Source: Hormiphora californensis (lineage: Eukaryota > Animalia > Ctenophora). Taken from it: a DNA stretch of 64,000 nucleotides. The position numbers and the translations under genes are program-made. Numbering within the stretch: the first letter of the stretch is position 1; every line of letters begins with the position of its first letter. Below, in pieces: positions 1 through 12,500 of the stretch. The notes below the pieces were generated by a model. That model made no database searches, was not told the DNA's origin, and was given only the letters and a program-made list of their open reading frames with translations. The DNA is taken from the NCBI GenBank assembly GCA_020137815.1, contig CM035360.1, forward strand, positions 3,534,001-3,598,000. Direction: 5' to 3'.

Positions 1-420
1 TTAATTAGATAATTGGATAATTAGGTTTGCGCATAACCGTTTTTTGGCTATATGGCTATAGCCACTTAGGAATGGAATAGAGACTTTTCACTGGCGCCAT
101 TTTGTAGGCAGTAGCCAAGTTATGGGGGGTCGACGTCGGACTTTTAAGCTCTATCTCCAACCGTTTAGCCGTTATTTGGCTTAAACGATGCTCAAAATCG
201 GGCTTTTTACCGTTTTTCGCTCATTTTGAGCATCGATTAAGCCAAATAACGGCTAAACGGTTGGAGATAGAGCTTAAAAGTCCGATGTAGACCCCCCATA
301 ACTTAGCTATTGCCTACAAAATGGCGCCAATGAAAAGTCTCTAAACCATTCCTAAGTGGCTATAGCCATATAGCCAAAAAACGGTTATGCGCAAACCTAA
401 TTATCCAATTATCTAATTAA
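1..420. repeat. Long imperfect palindrome (foldback/MITE-like), truncated by window start
   Basis: 1-~198 is the reverse complement of ~223-420 (ttaattagataattggataattagg... / ...cctaattatccaattatctaattaa) with few mismatches. Confidence 0.85.
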
Positions 421-710
421 CCAGATGAGATAGAGACTTAATTCCAGCACCTACCCCCACTAATGCGAGGGCGCTGATCACTTTAGTGCCCTCAGATTTG
501 TCTCTACTCCTATTCTAAGAGGATTTATGTTTTTGGCTACAGGCTGAAAATACAGGTAAAAGGGCGTGGCCGATTTGGGCATGTTCTTCACTTTTGCGAC
601 CTTACCTATGAACGGGATCGTGTTCAGCGGGTCAAAATAGGTGGGTTACAACCGGAATTTGCTTTCCACCAAATAGTGAGTCAAAAAATTAAGATTCGTC
701 CCTACTATTA

Positions 711-1068
711 CTAAGGATGAGGTCATGCTAATAAATAATTCAAGATTTGTCACTGATGAATCACTATTCTTGATTCTCTGCGGGTGGCCACTTCAATTTA
801 ACTTCTCGTTTTAGAACTTTACCAAATTTGGTTCTTTACAACGCACTAACGATGTCATTGGATGCATTGATAACTACATAATGGCTGGACATGGTTATCA
901 TGAGAGATAGAGAGAAAGATGGAGAGAGTGTGTGTGAGGGTGATAAAAGTTACGTAGTTGAATCCGTTCAACATTTTTGTTCTAAAACGTTGGCCACCCG
1001 CTATGAATCAGGAATAGTGATTCTCGGGTGACAAATCTTAAATTATATCATCATGATCTCATTCTTAG
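711..1068. repeat. Degenerate inverted repeat (old MITE-like)
   Basis: ctaaggatgaggtcatg...gaatcactattcttgattctctgcgggtggcca (711-790) pairs with tggccacccgctatgaatcaggaatagtgattc...catgatctcattcttag (991-1068). Confidence 0.6.
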
Positions 1069-1273
1069 TGGTTAGAATTGTAGAGGGTGATCATCACGCG
1101 TACTATAACACTAGCACACATAACAATGTACATATGTGAGTGTTTGGTAACAAAGTTACCCCTCCCTTGCCAGCGCAAGGGGTTGTTTCGTAACCAATGT
1201 GAGTACAAGAGCGAACTTTGGATAAGATCTCTCTCCCGAGACTGTTAATCGACTAATATTTTCACCCCCTCAG

Positions 1274-3305
1274 GTGTTAAACGTGTCACGAAACTGTGTA
1301 AACCATTTCCCGGATTACTTTGAATACATGAACCTCCCAGTTGAGGACAGGGTATATGCTGATATATCACAACATTTCAACAAGGCACTACACTTCATAG
1401 GTAAGAAATAGGAGGGGGAGTTTTGAGGAGGATTGGGTAGTATTGAGACTTTAAAACGGAGTCCCCAGACTGGGGTAATTATGATAGTGGGCAGGTGAGT
1501 AGAACTAGATACTGATAGTGGTGTTCCAACAGTTGGGAACTGAGTTCCAACAGTTGCACTGGGAACTGTGTCTCTAGCTTTCTTGTCTGTCTGGGGGGAG
1601 GAAGAAGAAACATGTCAGGGGGGTGTCGTAAAAAATTCGACGGGGGTGGGGAAGGAGACGATCGAAAGAGAGGGGACGGGGAGAGAGACCATCGAGAGAG
1701 ATGGGGCGGAAGGGGTGGGAAGAGAGAAGACATAGTGAGGTACTTTGCTTTCCAAACTGTCATATTAAAATGATGGAATGATAATGATTGATGAAGAGGG
1801 AGATACTCACATCAAAACTGCGTCGTCTGTAAAGCCCGATTAAAGGTTGACAAGATACCTAAAACTTTTCGTATATCGTCTTATTTTGATTTATCATTAA
1901 TTTTCAGCATTTTTTCAGAATTTTTTGTCGGCTAGAAAAAATTCGAAATAGGGGGTCTACCGATATTGTCAGCACTGGTTTTACTGGGCACACTCACTGC
2001 GTCTCGCAAATTGAAATTCACGTTTCCGGTTCCTCAAAAGATAAAGACTTGATCTTGGTTGCGTTGGATTGGTCTCAATAAGACCTTTCCAACGCTACCA
2101 AAACGATTTCTGTATCTCATCAGGAACCGGAGATATTACGTTATCAATTTAAAAAAAGGCACACTCATTTGGCAGTAGACCCCCTATTTTGCACATATTT
2201 CTAGCCGACAAAAAATTCTGAAAAAATGCTAAAAATTAATGATAAATCAAAATAAGACGATATATGAAAAGTTTTAGGTATCTTGTCAACCTTTAAAATG
2301 TCTGGCGGGGGCAGAATGCAGATGCAGAGGCTACTTAGAAGTTATTTAAATTGGAATTACTGGAATTACCAGCAAAGAATGGAAGTTTCACCTCCATCCC
2401 GGGTCCTAACCCTGGTGAATATAATTTGGGGGGAAGAAAGATATATTCAAGAAGCTTCCTAACCTGACTTCCTAACCTGACTTCCTAGAACTACTAAAAA
2501 TAAAAAGAATGAAGGGTCCTCCGAACCCCATAATGTCTTAACCCGATAAATATATAATTCACCCTTCATATTCAATTCTGGGAAGCATTAATAAGATCGA
2601 GCGTTCATTTCCCCTCATGACTTCTTAATCCCTTTCTGCCCCATAACTATCTAACCCAATCCCCCTCTCTCTACCCAATAACTTCCTAACCCACTTTCTC
2701 TCTCCCAAGAATTTCTCCCTAATTTAACCTATTCCCCAGAACAAGTTGATCCTAATTTCTCCCCTTTTTCCCTAGAACAAGCACGAGGTGAAGGCTGCAG
2801 TATTCTGGTACATTGTAGAGCTGGAATTTCACGTAGCGCCACCGTTGTTATGGCATACCTTATCCAGTACTACAACAAAAACATGGAGGAGGCCTTCGAC
2901 TTTATTAAGTGAGTAAAAGTCACCTGATCAATTGACTATTCTGGAGTTATGAATTTGACTCATTCAAGTCACCTGAATCCTGATCTCGACATCTATTCTG
3001 GAGTCACTATTTTGTTTATTCTGGAGTATTGTTCATCATATATCCTAACATCCTCTCTCCTCCCCAGGATGAAGCACCCCTGCATTTCACCCAACTTCAA
3101 CTTCATGGGTCAGCTACTACAGTTCCAAAACGAGCGTGCCGCCAAGAAGAGTGATGGTAGCACCCCATCTTCCGACCATTGGGAGGCACAGGAAGAGGAA
3201 GATGAAGGAGAGGAGGAAGAAGAGGATAATGTCGTGTTATCCCTATCTGCCATCACCACTGCAACGCTACCACTCCTGCCAATAGAGAGGAATGATGAGA
3301 GATGA
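1274..3305 (+). CDS. Dual-specificity (MAP kinase) phosphatase, 3' part; 5' exons lie upstream of the window
   Basis: Phase-compatible GT-AG exons 1274-1400 (VLNVSRNCVNHFPDYFEYMNLPVED..ISQHFNKALHFI), 2776-2908 (ILVHCRAGISRSATVVMAYL, catalytic HCxxGxxRS) and 3068-3305 (ISPNFNFMGQLLQF plus an acidic tail). Confidence 0.93.
1844..2292. mobile_element. Non-autonomous DNA transposon, Kolobok-like, in a DUSP intron
   Basis: ~95-bp TIRs AGGTTGACAAGATACCTAAAAC... / ...GTTTTAGGTATCTTGTCAACCT, flanked by TTAA (1840-1843, 2293-2296). Purine (AG) termini with a TTAA target fit Kolobok better than piggyBac. Confidence 0.8.
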
Positions 3306-4048
3306 GGAGGAGGAGTGTCTGTCAGCAGCACCCAACCCTCCCGGAGGTGCTCGAGCATTTGCATTTGGTGAATGATGAGCTACAAAGGTGTAGGGTACTT
3401 GGAATTTGGTTGTTCTAACCCTCCTCCAAGGCAAGAATTTGGCTGCAGTGAGCGCTCTCAGATCTGTTATTTTGTGACTGATTTATTATTGGCTACTCAA
3501 TCGGCTGCACATTGTTTGAGACTTTTGTATATCAGCTCTCTTGTATTCAGTAATATATATCAGAAAGCTGATGGAAGGTTATCCGTGGAAAAAGAACGAT
3601 ATTTTGTTGTTTTCCTTCTTCTTCGCTCAGAGAGGTATAATATCTGTTTATGACGATTATCTATACACATTATCTATGACCCTAGCTAATATCTATATGT
3701 TATGTATTTGAGCTGCCTTGTTGTTTTTTGCTGTTATTGTGTGGGTGTGTGTGTGCGTGTGTGTGGATATTTGACTTCCTTGCATCATAACTAAGTGGCT
3801 TAACCAAAGCTGTTCTATATCGTTATCCCCCTGGGCTGAGTCGCCTAGTCGATCAGTGAGATATCCTTGAGTTGATAGTAGAACATTCTCGCTACTTTAG
3901 GTGGTAGTATGGAACAATTTCACTAATTTGTGTACTGCTTTACTACAACTGCAGTGTGGAGCGTGATTTCTCTGGCTTCTTTGGGTGGCGTGTTTGTTCG
4001 TTTGTACCTACTGTATATCGAGTAGGAGGTGGAGAGAGGGATGGGGAG

Positions 4049-4050
4049 AC

Positions 4051-4149
<99 letters not shown>

Positions 4150-4157
4150 AGGAGAGA
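4049..4157. repeat. (AG)n microsatellite
   Basis: Direct reading; it produces the spurious ER/SL-repeat ORFs. Confidence 0.95.
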
Positions 4158-5650
4158 GGCCTCTAGAGGAGCCCTGAATGAGATTAGCTTGACAGACAAA
4201 TTGTCTGACTCGGCAATGGAATGAGATATGAGCAGCAGCTTCTAGGTGTGGCTTCATTTTTCTAAGAACTCAAATATTCGCCACCATTGAAAGTAATGAC
4301 GGCCCTAGATTTAGAGATTACAGTGGGATGTGGTGTCACGGGTAGCATACTTTGTTAGGCTTTAGGTATTTAGATGTTTTGCTAATTGCTTGGTATAGGG
4401 CAACAAAAGGGTAAGGCATTGGTTTATATTGGCTTTGGGAACTTGTAATGAGTCTGAAGTCAGAGTATATGACATTGTCATTTGTGTGTGTGTGTGTGTG
4501 TGTGTGACTTGTGAGCGCGAAGTGTTGTCACTTGTGCGTTTCTATATCTGTTATACACAGGGCTTCCCCAATCTACTTTTAGCAGTTAGTAACTTGGTGA
4601 GTGAGAGAGTAAAAGAGAACGTGTGTGCCTTTGTATGTTGGGTGGGGTCTTAATAACTTTTGTACTTTTGGGAGTTTTCAAAACAGTGAAATATTGATTA
4701 TGCCATCACTACTTTCCATCCACAACTCGCATCTGTCGGTCGGGAAGTGACGCACTTGAAACTAATTTGTATTACTACAGATGTTTCAGTGTTTCTGAAA
4801 CTGTAACACTGTTTCCAGTGTTCCAGACTGACAATGCGAATTGTAGGGTGATGACACGATCCCTCGAATCTGTCACGGTTAGAGTGGATCAATGTGTAAA
4901 GAGTTATCTAACAGTAAAATATAACCCGCCTGTATACTTGCAATGACGAGAGATTTCATTATCATTTCTGTGTCCTAATGTATTATGTAAGTTGCAGTGA
5001 CTTCACGAAATAAGTACACCTATAAATGAAAAGTATGCCGTTAAAATAAAATAAGGTGACTCTGAGTAGCGATCTCAAGTCTCTCTTAGCCATTTCTTAT
5101 GACAGAAATTTTCTATTTTCTAGATATACATACATCAATGTACAGCAAAAAGAAACTCATCTAATATTTTCACAATCACACAATTGATATGTCTCCTGTA
5201 AAATATGTTTATTATTAGATGACCTATTAATCACGAGTTAAAAGTTCTATATTCTCCTCCTGGACCATTTATTTTATTTTCATGGTGTATTTAATTTTTA
5301 TTTTCACAACATTAAATATATTAAAACCTCGAGTTTGCTTGATTTTACTCTAGAAAGAAAGGGAGCTGGGAGTTAGATGCTCTCTTCAGCTACTTGGGTA
5401 TGGTGCAGGTGCCCCATTGTCATGTCTTACCACATGTAATGTGTGCACTAACCAGCTCAGCATCGGTGGTAGATCTACGGAACAAGATTTCCTAGCTTGT
5501 ATGGTGCCTGGTTTACGAATGGCGTGATGAATCGGGCGCTCTTGCCAGCGCTTGAAATGTTGCGCGCAAAAACATAACGCGCCGCGCGGCGGTTATTTGA
5601 ACGTGACATTTAAAATTTGCATTTTCGTGTTCAGCTGAGCTGGGTTTTTT

Positions 5651-5873
5651 AAAGTCGGATTTTTTGAAACTGTCACCCCTTGAAATAACAAAATTTGTCA
5701 TATCTCCGGTTCCTGATAAGATAGCGACTTGAAATTTGGAGGTTCAGAATAACTTAGCAAGATCTTCGTAACCTCCAAATTTCAAGTCTCTATCTCATCA
5801 AGAACCGGACTTATGGCCATTTAAAGAAATTTAAAAACTCTAGGGGGGTGACAGTTTCAAAAAATCCGACTTT
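5651..5873. repeat. Imperfect palindrome, probable MITE core
   Basis: aaagtcggattttttgaaactgtcacccc... / ...ggggtgacagtttcaaaaaatccgacttt, with an inner pair gacttgaaatttggaggtt / aacctccaaatttcaagtc. Confidence 0.7.
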
Positions 5874-6141
5874 ACCCGAAAATTCTGTCAATTTTTTCAT
5901 TTTTAGAAATCCTTCCCGTGCTTGAAATATCTCAAATATCCTCCAACAGGTAGATACGTTGAGGTCATGATAGACATCGACTTACGGTAAAATGACACAG
6001 AACTTAAAACTGCTACTTTTCTAAGCTCATGGCCCACGCTGTTTAATTCAGTTTTGTTTTTTTCACTGCAAAGTTTATCAAATTTCCATTCATTTGCCAC
6101 ATCTTTCCAAATTTGATTTAACTATTTATTCTTGACTAATA

Positions 6142-7024
6142 CAGTGGCGTAGCCAGGGTTTTGAGCATGGTAGTGCATTAAGAATTTGAAGTAGTGCTCC
6201 TTTAATGACGGAAAATTTTACCGATTTTTGACAATCTGAGAGCAATTTGAAACAATATGAAGGAGGCACAGCCCCCACGAGCAGGGTCCAGGGATTGCAA
6301 GCCCTGGTGGGGGCGTGGGGCAAAGCCCCCGGAAATTTTTCCTGATGTTTGTCAATTTTGACAATCTGAGAGCAATTTGAAAGTAATAATTCGGGCAATA
6401 TGACGGGGACAAAGCACCCACGAGCAGGGTCCAGGGATTGCAAGCCCTGGTGGGGGCGTGGGGCGAAGCCCCCAGAATTTCCCCAATTTTTGCCAATTTT
6501 GGCAATCTGAGAGCATTTTGAAACCAATAATTCAAACATTATAAAGGAGGCAAAGCAGGGTCCAGGGACTGCAAGTTCTGGTGGGAGAATGGGGCAAAGC
6601 CCCCCGGAAATTTTTCCCGATTTTTGTCAATTTTGACAATCTGAGAACAATTTGAACACAATCGTCACACAAACCAAGAAGGGTAATACACCATGGATAG
6701 CACAATCCTAGCAATTGGGCGTTGTGCTGTTATCCAATCGAGGCATGGAACGCATGGTACTGGCGATTGCTCTCTATAAACTTGTCACCTGAACCCCTCT
6801 CTTTTTCTCGTTCTTTGTGCTTTATCTCTATTTGTTTGGGATTCAGTGTCGTACATTACATCTCAAACACTTATTTCAAGTTTATATCCTAACGAACTCC
6901 AAAGTAGTGCAATTTCGATAAAAATTTAGGCGTGGTAGTGCAAATCAGGAAAATTTGAGGTAGTGCAGTTGGGAGCGCTCAGGTAGTGCAATGCACGTTT
7001 GCACATACCCTGGCTACGCCACTG
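6142..7024. mobile_element. Non-autonomous hAT-like element with internal ~140-bp repeats
   Basis: TIR CAGTGGCGTAGCCAGGG / CCCTGGCTACGCCACTG with a perfect 8-bp TSD GACTAATA (6134-6141, 7025-7032). Confidence 0.9.
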
Positions 7025-7215
7025 GACTAATAATTTGCCGTTATAAAACTTTATGTAAATCTTAAATAAATGGGCATTGGGGCGCCATCGGCCATCGCCA
7101 CCTCGCGAACGAGTATGCAAATTTTTACAATCGCATGGTTTCTCTTCAGCCTGTTTGACCTTTCCGCACTATAACTCATTATTCCAGATATAGGAGGAAG
7201 TCTAGAAGTATCTCT

Positions 7216-8145
7216 ATGATTGAGCTGGAACAACCACCGAAGTACCGTGCTCTTCTCCACAAATCCGTGACATCCCTTCTCGGTCTCATCTCTTACTGTT
7301 TCATAGACTTTCTCTACTGTCAATCTCATTACAGCAAGCGGAATGTGTATCCCATCCCCTCACTTTTTATGTTCCTTTCACACAGTCTCCTCCTTGGAGT
7401 ACTGCTAATCCTCGCTGCCTCAATGAGGACCTTCCACCTGCCTCGACTAACTCTAACCTCCATCGGGGCCTCTCTAGCCCTCACACTGACACTGCAGTAC
7501 GACGTGTTTGACTTGAATCACAACTTTGGTGTTCCTGGCTACAAGATGATAACTGCAAATCTTGTTCCTATGGCAATCATGGCATTGAAAGCAAGCCGCT
7601 CGGAGTGCGGTGGTGTTTTCATCGCTATGTTGATCAGCACTTCACTGGGGAGGTGCTCAGTTCGGGCGGGAGATTTTATCACTGGTGTAGGACTCGTAGG
7701 GGTGTTTTATCTCTTTGTCCGACTTTACAGTAAACACTTCAACTCACAACGAGCCGTTTCCGGGTTACGAACTCGCGTTGCCATAGAGATACTATGTGGC
7801 GTGGTTGCTACAGAGTTGATTTTAGTGATGCTGGATACAGCACCAACTGCTGGATTCTCATTTGGACTTCTTGATGGGGTACTCTTGGCACTGTTAACGC
7901 TTGTTAAATTAGCAGCTGTATTTTGGTGTGAGGACAGTGGACTGACTTTCATGGTGGTGTCCTGGGTCCTTAAAACGCTAGCTTTCAGTGTGACATATTC
8001 GCTCAATTATAAGTTTGATCTTACCATAGCGAACTTCACTGCAATTCTCTTTTTGGCAGCGTTCGCTTTGGGTAGGAAAGTTTGCCAAGTTTGGGATTTA
8101 CAGCCAATCAAACGACAGGAAAAGTTATTTGAGCATGATGATTGA
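7216..8145 (+). CDS. Intronless polytopic membrane protein (309 aa, ~9-10 TM), possibly a divergent SLC35/DMT-fold transporter
   Basis: Long uninterrupted ORF with regularly spaced hydrophobic segments. YPIPSLFMFLSH resembles the FPYPLxLTxxH start of SLC35C/E TM2; the family call is weak. Confidence 0.72.
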   Translation: MIELEQPPKYRALLHKSVTSLLGLISYCFIDFLYCQSHYSKRNVYPIPSLFMFLSHSLLLGVLLILAASMRTFHLPRLTLTSIGASLALTLTLQYDVFDLNHNFGVPGYKMITANLVPMAIMALKASRSECGGVFIAMLISTSLGRCSVRAGDFITGVGLVGVFYLFVRLYSKHFNSQRAVSGLRTRVAIEILCGVVATELILVMLDTAPTAGFSFGLLDGVLLALLTLVKLAAVFWCEDSGLTFMVVSWVLKTLAFSVTYSLNYKFDLTIANFTAILFLAAFALGRKVCQVWDLQPIKRQEKLFEHDD

Positions 8146-8509
8146 TTATGAAGCTGTGGGTTAAATGCTTTTAGAATTATGATATGCTATGTTAATCACT
8201 CTTTTAGTTTACTGTATTAGACGTTAGTTCACTGTTAGTTTTCTGTCTATTTTCATACTGCTTGTTTTAAGTGTGTATGTGTGTGTATGTGTGTCAGTGT
8301 GTGTGTATTTTCTATGTACGCTTCTTTTATATAATCATGATTTACTTTGAGCTGAATTTTGTCTGTGAACTTTTTCTAAAACACCTGCTTCTTGATTCTT
8401 CATGAAACTCGTTTTATTTTGGTTGTTTTCATAATAATCATGATTGAAATTTTGAAACTTCAAAACTCAAATCTAACTCAATCTTAGCTAGCTCTACAAC
8501 AACACAACA

Positions 8510-9391
8510 ATGAAGGCCATCTGTGTGCTAAGGAATGATAAATCTACCTTTGGAACCATCAAGTTCTCTCAAGAGAAGGAAGGATCTCCCACCAGCATTG
8601 AGGTACACAGTTACTAGTTGTATCCGTCTCTTTTTATATCCGAGAGTATCGAAGGCTCGTGCGGCGGGCTAGTAGACAAATCTTTGTTACTTTTGTAACG
8701 TTTTACATCAATAATTGATAATCTTTCAGGTTGATATTGCTAACAGTGAACTGACCGAAGGGCAACATGGTTTCCATGTTCACCAGTTTGGGGATAACAC
8801 CAACGGATGTATCTCCGCTGGACCTCATTTCAACCCCTTCAAGAAGACACACGGTGGACCAACTGACGATGTAAGTTTTCAAAACTTGCTGGTTTAGTTT
8901 AGTCAACCCTCTGTCGCCTCCACGTGACCCGCCCTGGTAACACACCCCGACCTTTATTATGTGTCCTGGGGTATTGTCAGACAGCCATTGGGATCGGAAG
9001 TGGGCCGCAACAAAGGACTACTCGCTGCATTGTTGGAAGGGTAGTTCTGTACAATACAACTTGTATTGTTCAGAACTACCCTTGTATTATACAAGTCTGA
9101 ATTACAGATAATTACAGATAATTCCTTGTTTACTAAACTCCGTCACCACCACTGCAGGTTCGACATGTTGGTGATCTTGGTAACATTGCAGTTGACGGAT
9201 CGGGGAAGTGTGCCACCGTCCTGACCGACCCCCAGGTGTCCCTATTTGGGGAGCACTCTGTTCTTGGCCGTACCATGGTGCTTCACGCTGGTGTGGATGA
9301 CCAGGGGAAGGGAGGGAATGAGGAGAGCCTGAAAACTGGCAATGCTGGAGGGCGTGTTGCTTGTGGTATCATTGGAAAATGTGCCCAGTAG
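8510..9391 (+). CDS. SOD1: Cu/Zn superoxide dismutase (155 aa)
   Basis: Exons 8510-8602, 8730-8870 ([28 protein letters not shown]) and 9158-9391 ([46 protein letters not shown]). Metal ligands are present. Confidence 0.97.
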
Positions 9392-9543
9392 ATAGTTTTT
9401 TGTATCCCACCCCGTACCTGAAGGAAGTTCAACCTCTCCTCCAGGTAGGGGGTGATCAGTGTCTACTAGAACAGAGTGACCCTTAGTTGACCTGGCCCCT
9501 TCCCCTTTAAATTATTATTTCCTTTATAAAAGAGGCCCTCTTA

Positions 9544-12500
9544 TTTAGGTGCCGGCAGGCACCTCCGACCCGAAGAAAACAGAAAAAACGAAGAAAAAAA
9601 AAATTTTGCCCCTGCACCAAATCCAAAAAGCCGGCCCTATTTAGGTGCCGGCAGGCACCTCCGACCCGAAGAAAACAGAAAAAACGAAAGAAAAAAAATT
9701 TTGCCCCTGCACCAAATCCAAAAAGCCGGCCCTATTTAGGTGCCGGCAGGCACCTCCGACCCGAAGAAAACAGAAAAAACGAAAGAAAAAAAAATTTTGC
9801 CCCTGCACCAAATCCAAAAAGCCGGCCCTATATATACAAACGTAGGTCTTTTTTTCGGGGGGGGGGGGGGGGGGGGGCAAATTTCAGGCAGCGATTGTGG
9901 CCACATTTTTTGAGATATCGACCTGAAATTTTGTAGGCGTGTTCTAGTAGTATAACTACGTGTCATAACGTGGCCGGATTTTTGATTTTTTGCCTAATTA
10001 ATTAATTATAGGTAATTAAAAAGTAGCCCCTGCACCGTGCCCCTGAGCATGGCGTGTTCTGTCCCCTGGGCATTGCCCCTGAGCCGAAATTATCTCCCGA
10101 TCTGCTTGAAATATCGACTTGAAACTTTGTAGGAATGCTCTTCAAGCATAAAAAATGATCTACAAAAAGTTAGAATAGTCAAAATTAAGTAATCAATGAG
10201 TTATAGGCATGCAAAAATGGACATTTCTGGTGCCCCTGAATTTTGCCCCCGAGCATTTGAAAAAACTGCCCCTGGGCAATTTTAAAATTCAAATTGTGGC
10301 CACACTGTTTGACATATCGATCTAAAACTTTGTAGGCATGTTCTAGTGGTATAACTAAGAGTCACCACGGAGCCTGATTTTTGATTTTTTACTTAATTAA
10401 TTAATTATAAGCAATTAAAATTTTAAAATTGCCCCCGCACTAACAAAAGTGGCCCAGGGGCACCTGAGTCGCAATTATCTCCCGATCTGCTTGAAATATC
10501 GACTTGAAACTTTGTAGGAATGCTCTTCAAGCATATAGAAAGGTCTACATAAGGTGGGAATATTCAAAATTAAGTAATCAATGAGTTATAAGCAATTAAA
10601 AAATGGACATTTTTATGGTGCCCCTGAGCATTGCCCCTGAGCATTTGAAAATATTTTCCGTTCTGCTATAAATATCGACTTGAAACTTTGTAGGAATGCT
10701 CTTCAAGCATATAGAAAGGTCTACAAAAAGTGGGAATATTCAAAATTAACTATCCAATTAATTATAAGCAATTAAAAAAATGTGCAGTGGCAGTGCAGGG
10801 GCAAAAAAATAAAGCATATATATGGCGGGAAAATATTTTGGCGGGAAACCGAAAAAGCCCAATAAGCCAAGAACGGGGTGGGGCCAAGGTCTGGCCCACT
10901 AGCTTTTGATCACCTCATCGAGCCCGATCGAACGCGACCAATGTCGACCTCCCACGACGACCTAAACCCCTAATCCCAAGTGGTGCCAGCCAACCGCCAG
11001 CCAAACGGAAAAATCTAGTGATCCTCTATCAGCTGGTATCAAAATCTAAGCTCTAAGTGACCAGGAACTGGCATTATTAGTGCTAATTGGCGATAACGTC
11101 ATAAATCACATAATTACGACTAATTAGTGAACCGGGGGTGGTAGAGACCTGTGGGATGGTACTTTGGACTTTTTATAGAGTCCCTAATCATATCAGAAAG
11201 TCAAATGTAAAATTCCAGACCCAACTTCCCACAACCGACCCTACTATAATAAACAGGCCGCCGCGCATCAAAAAATATTTTAACAGCCTGAAGGTTGCTG
11301 TTTCGACGAATCTCCCAACTTCGGGTCGGACGAGGGGAAGCTTGCCTTTTGCGATCATATATACAAACGTAGGTCTTTTTTTCGGGGGGGGGGGGGGGCA
11401 AATTTCAGGCAGCGATTGTGGCCACATTTTTTGAGATATCGACCTGAAATTTTGTAGGCGTGTTCTAGTAGTATAACTACGTGTCATAACGTGGCCGGAT
11501 TTTTGATTTTTTGCCTAATTAATTAATTATAGGTAATTAAAAAGTAGCCCCTGCACCGTGCCCCTGAGCATGGGGTGTTCTGTCCCCTGGGCATTGCCCC
11601 TGAGCCGAAATTATCTCCCGATCTGCTTGAAATATCGACTTGAAACTTTGTAGGAATGCTCTTCAAGCATAAAAAATGATCTACAAAAAGTTAGAATAGT
11701 CAAAATTAAGTAATCAATGAGTTATAGGCATGCAAAAATGGACATTTCTGGTGCCCCTGAATTTTGCCCCCGAGCATTTGAAAAAACTGCCCCTGGGCAA
11801 TTTTAAAATTCAAATTGTGGCCACACTGTTTGACATATCGATCTAAAACTTTGTAGGCATGTTCTAGTGGTATAACTAAGAGTCACCACGGAGCCTGATT
11901 TTTGATTTTTTACTTAATTAATTAATTATAAGCAATTAAAATTTTAAAATTGCCCCCGCACTAACAAAAGTGGCCCAGGGGCACCTGAGTCGCAATTATC
12001 TCCCGATCTGCTTGAAATATCGACTTGAAACTTTGTAGGAATGCTCTTCAAGCATATAGAAAGGTCTACATAAGGTGGGAATATTCAAAATTAAGTAATC
12101 AATGAGTTATAAGCAATTAAAAAATGGACATTTTTATGGTGCCCCTGAGCATTGCCCCTGAGCATTTGAAAATATTTTCCGTTCTGCTATAAATATCGAC
12201 TTGAAACTTTGTAGGAATGCTCTTCAAGCATATAGAAAGGTCTACAAAAAGTGGGAATATTCAAAATTAACTATCCAATTAATTATAAGCAATTAAAAAA
12301 ATGTGCAGTGGCAGTGCAGGGGCAAAAAAATAAAGCATATATATGGCGGGAAAATATTTTGGCGGGAAACCGAAAAAGCCCAATAAGCCAAGAACGGGGT
12401 GGGGCCAAGGTCTGGCCCACTAGCTTTTGATCACCTCATCGAGCCCGATCGAACGCGACCAATGTCGACCTCCCACGACGACCTAAACCCCTAATCCCAA

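Noticed and set aside
3943-4257. ORFs with ER/SL dipeptide runs (also ~48.8-49.9 kb, 51.4 kb, 53.5 kb and 54.7 kb)
   Set aside because: They are translations of (AG)n/(CT)n microsatellites.
9544-9830. Short direct repeats with a hairpin as a possible CRISPR array
   Set aside because: Units are near-identical end to end with no unique spacers, there are no cas genes, and the context is eukaryotic.
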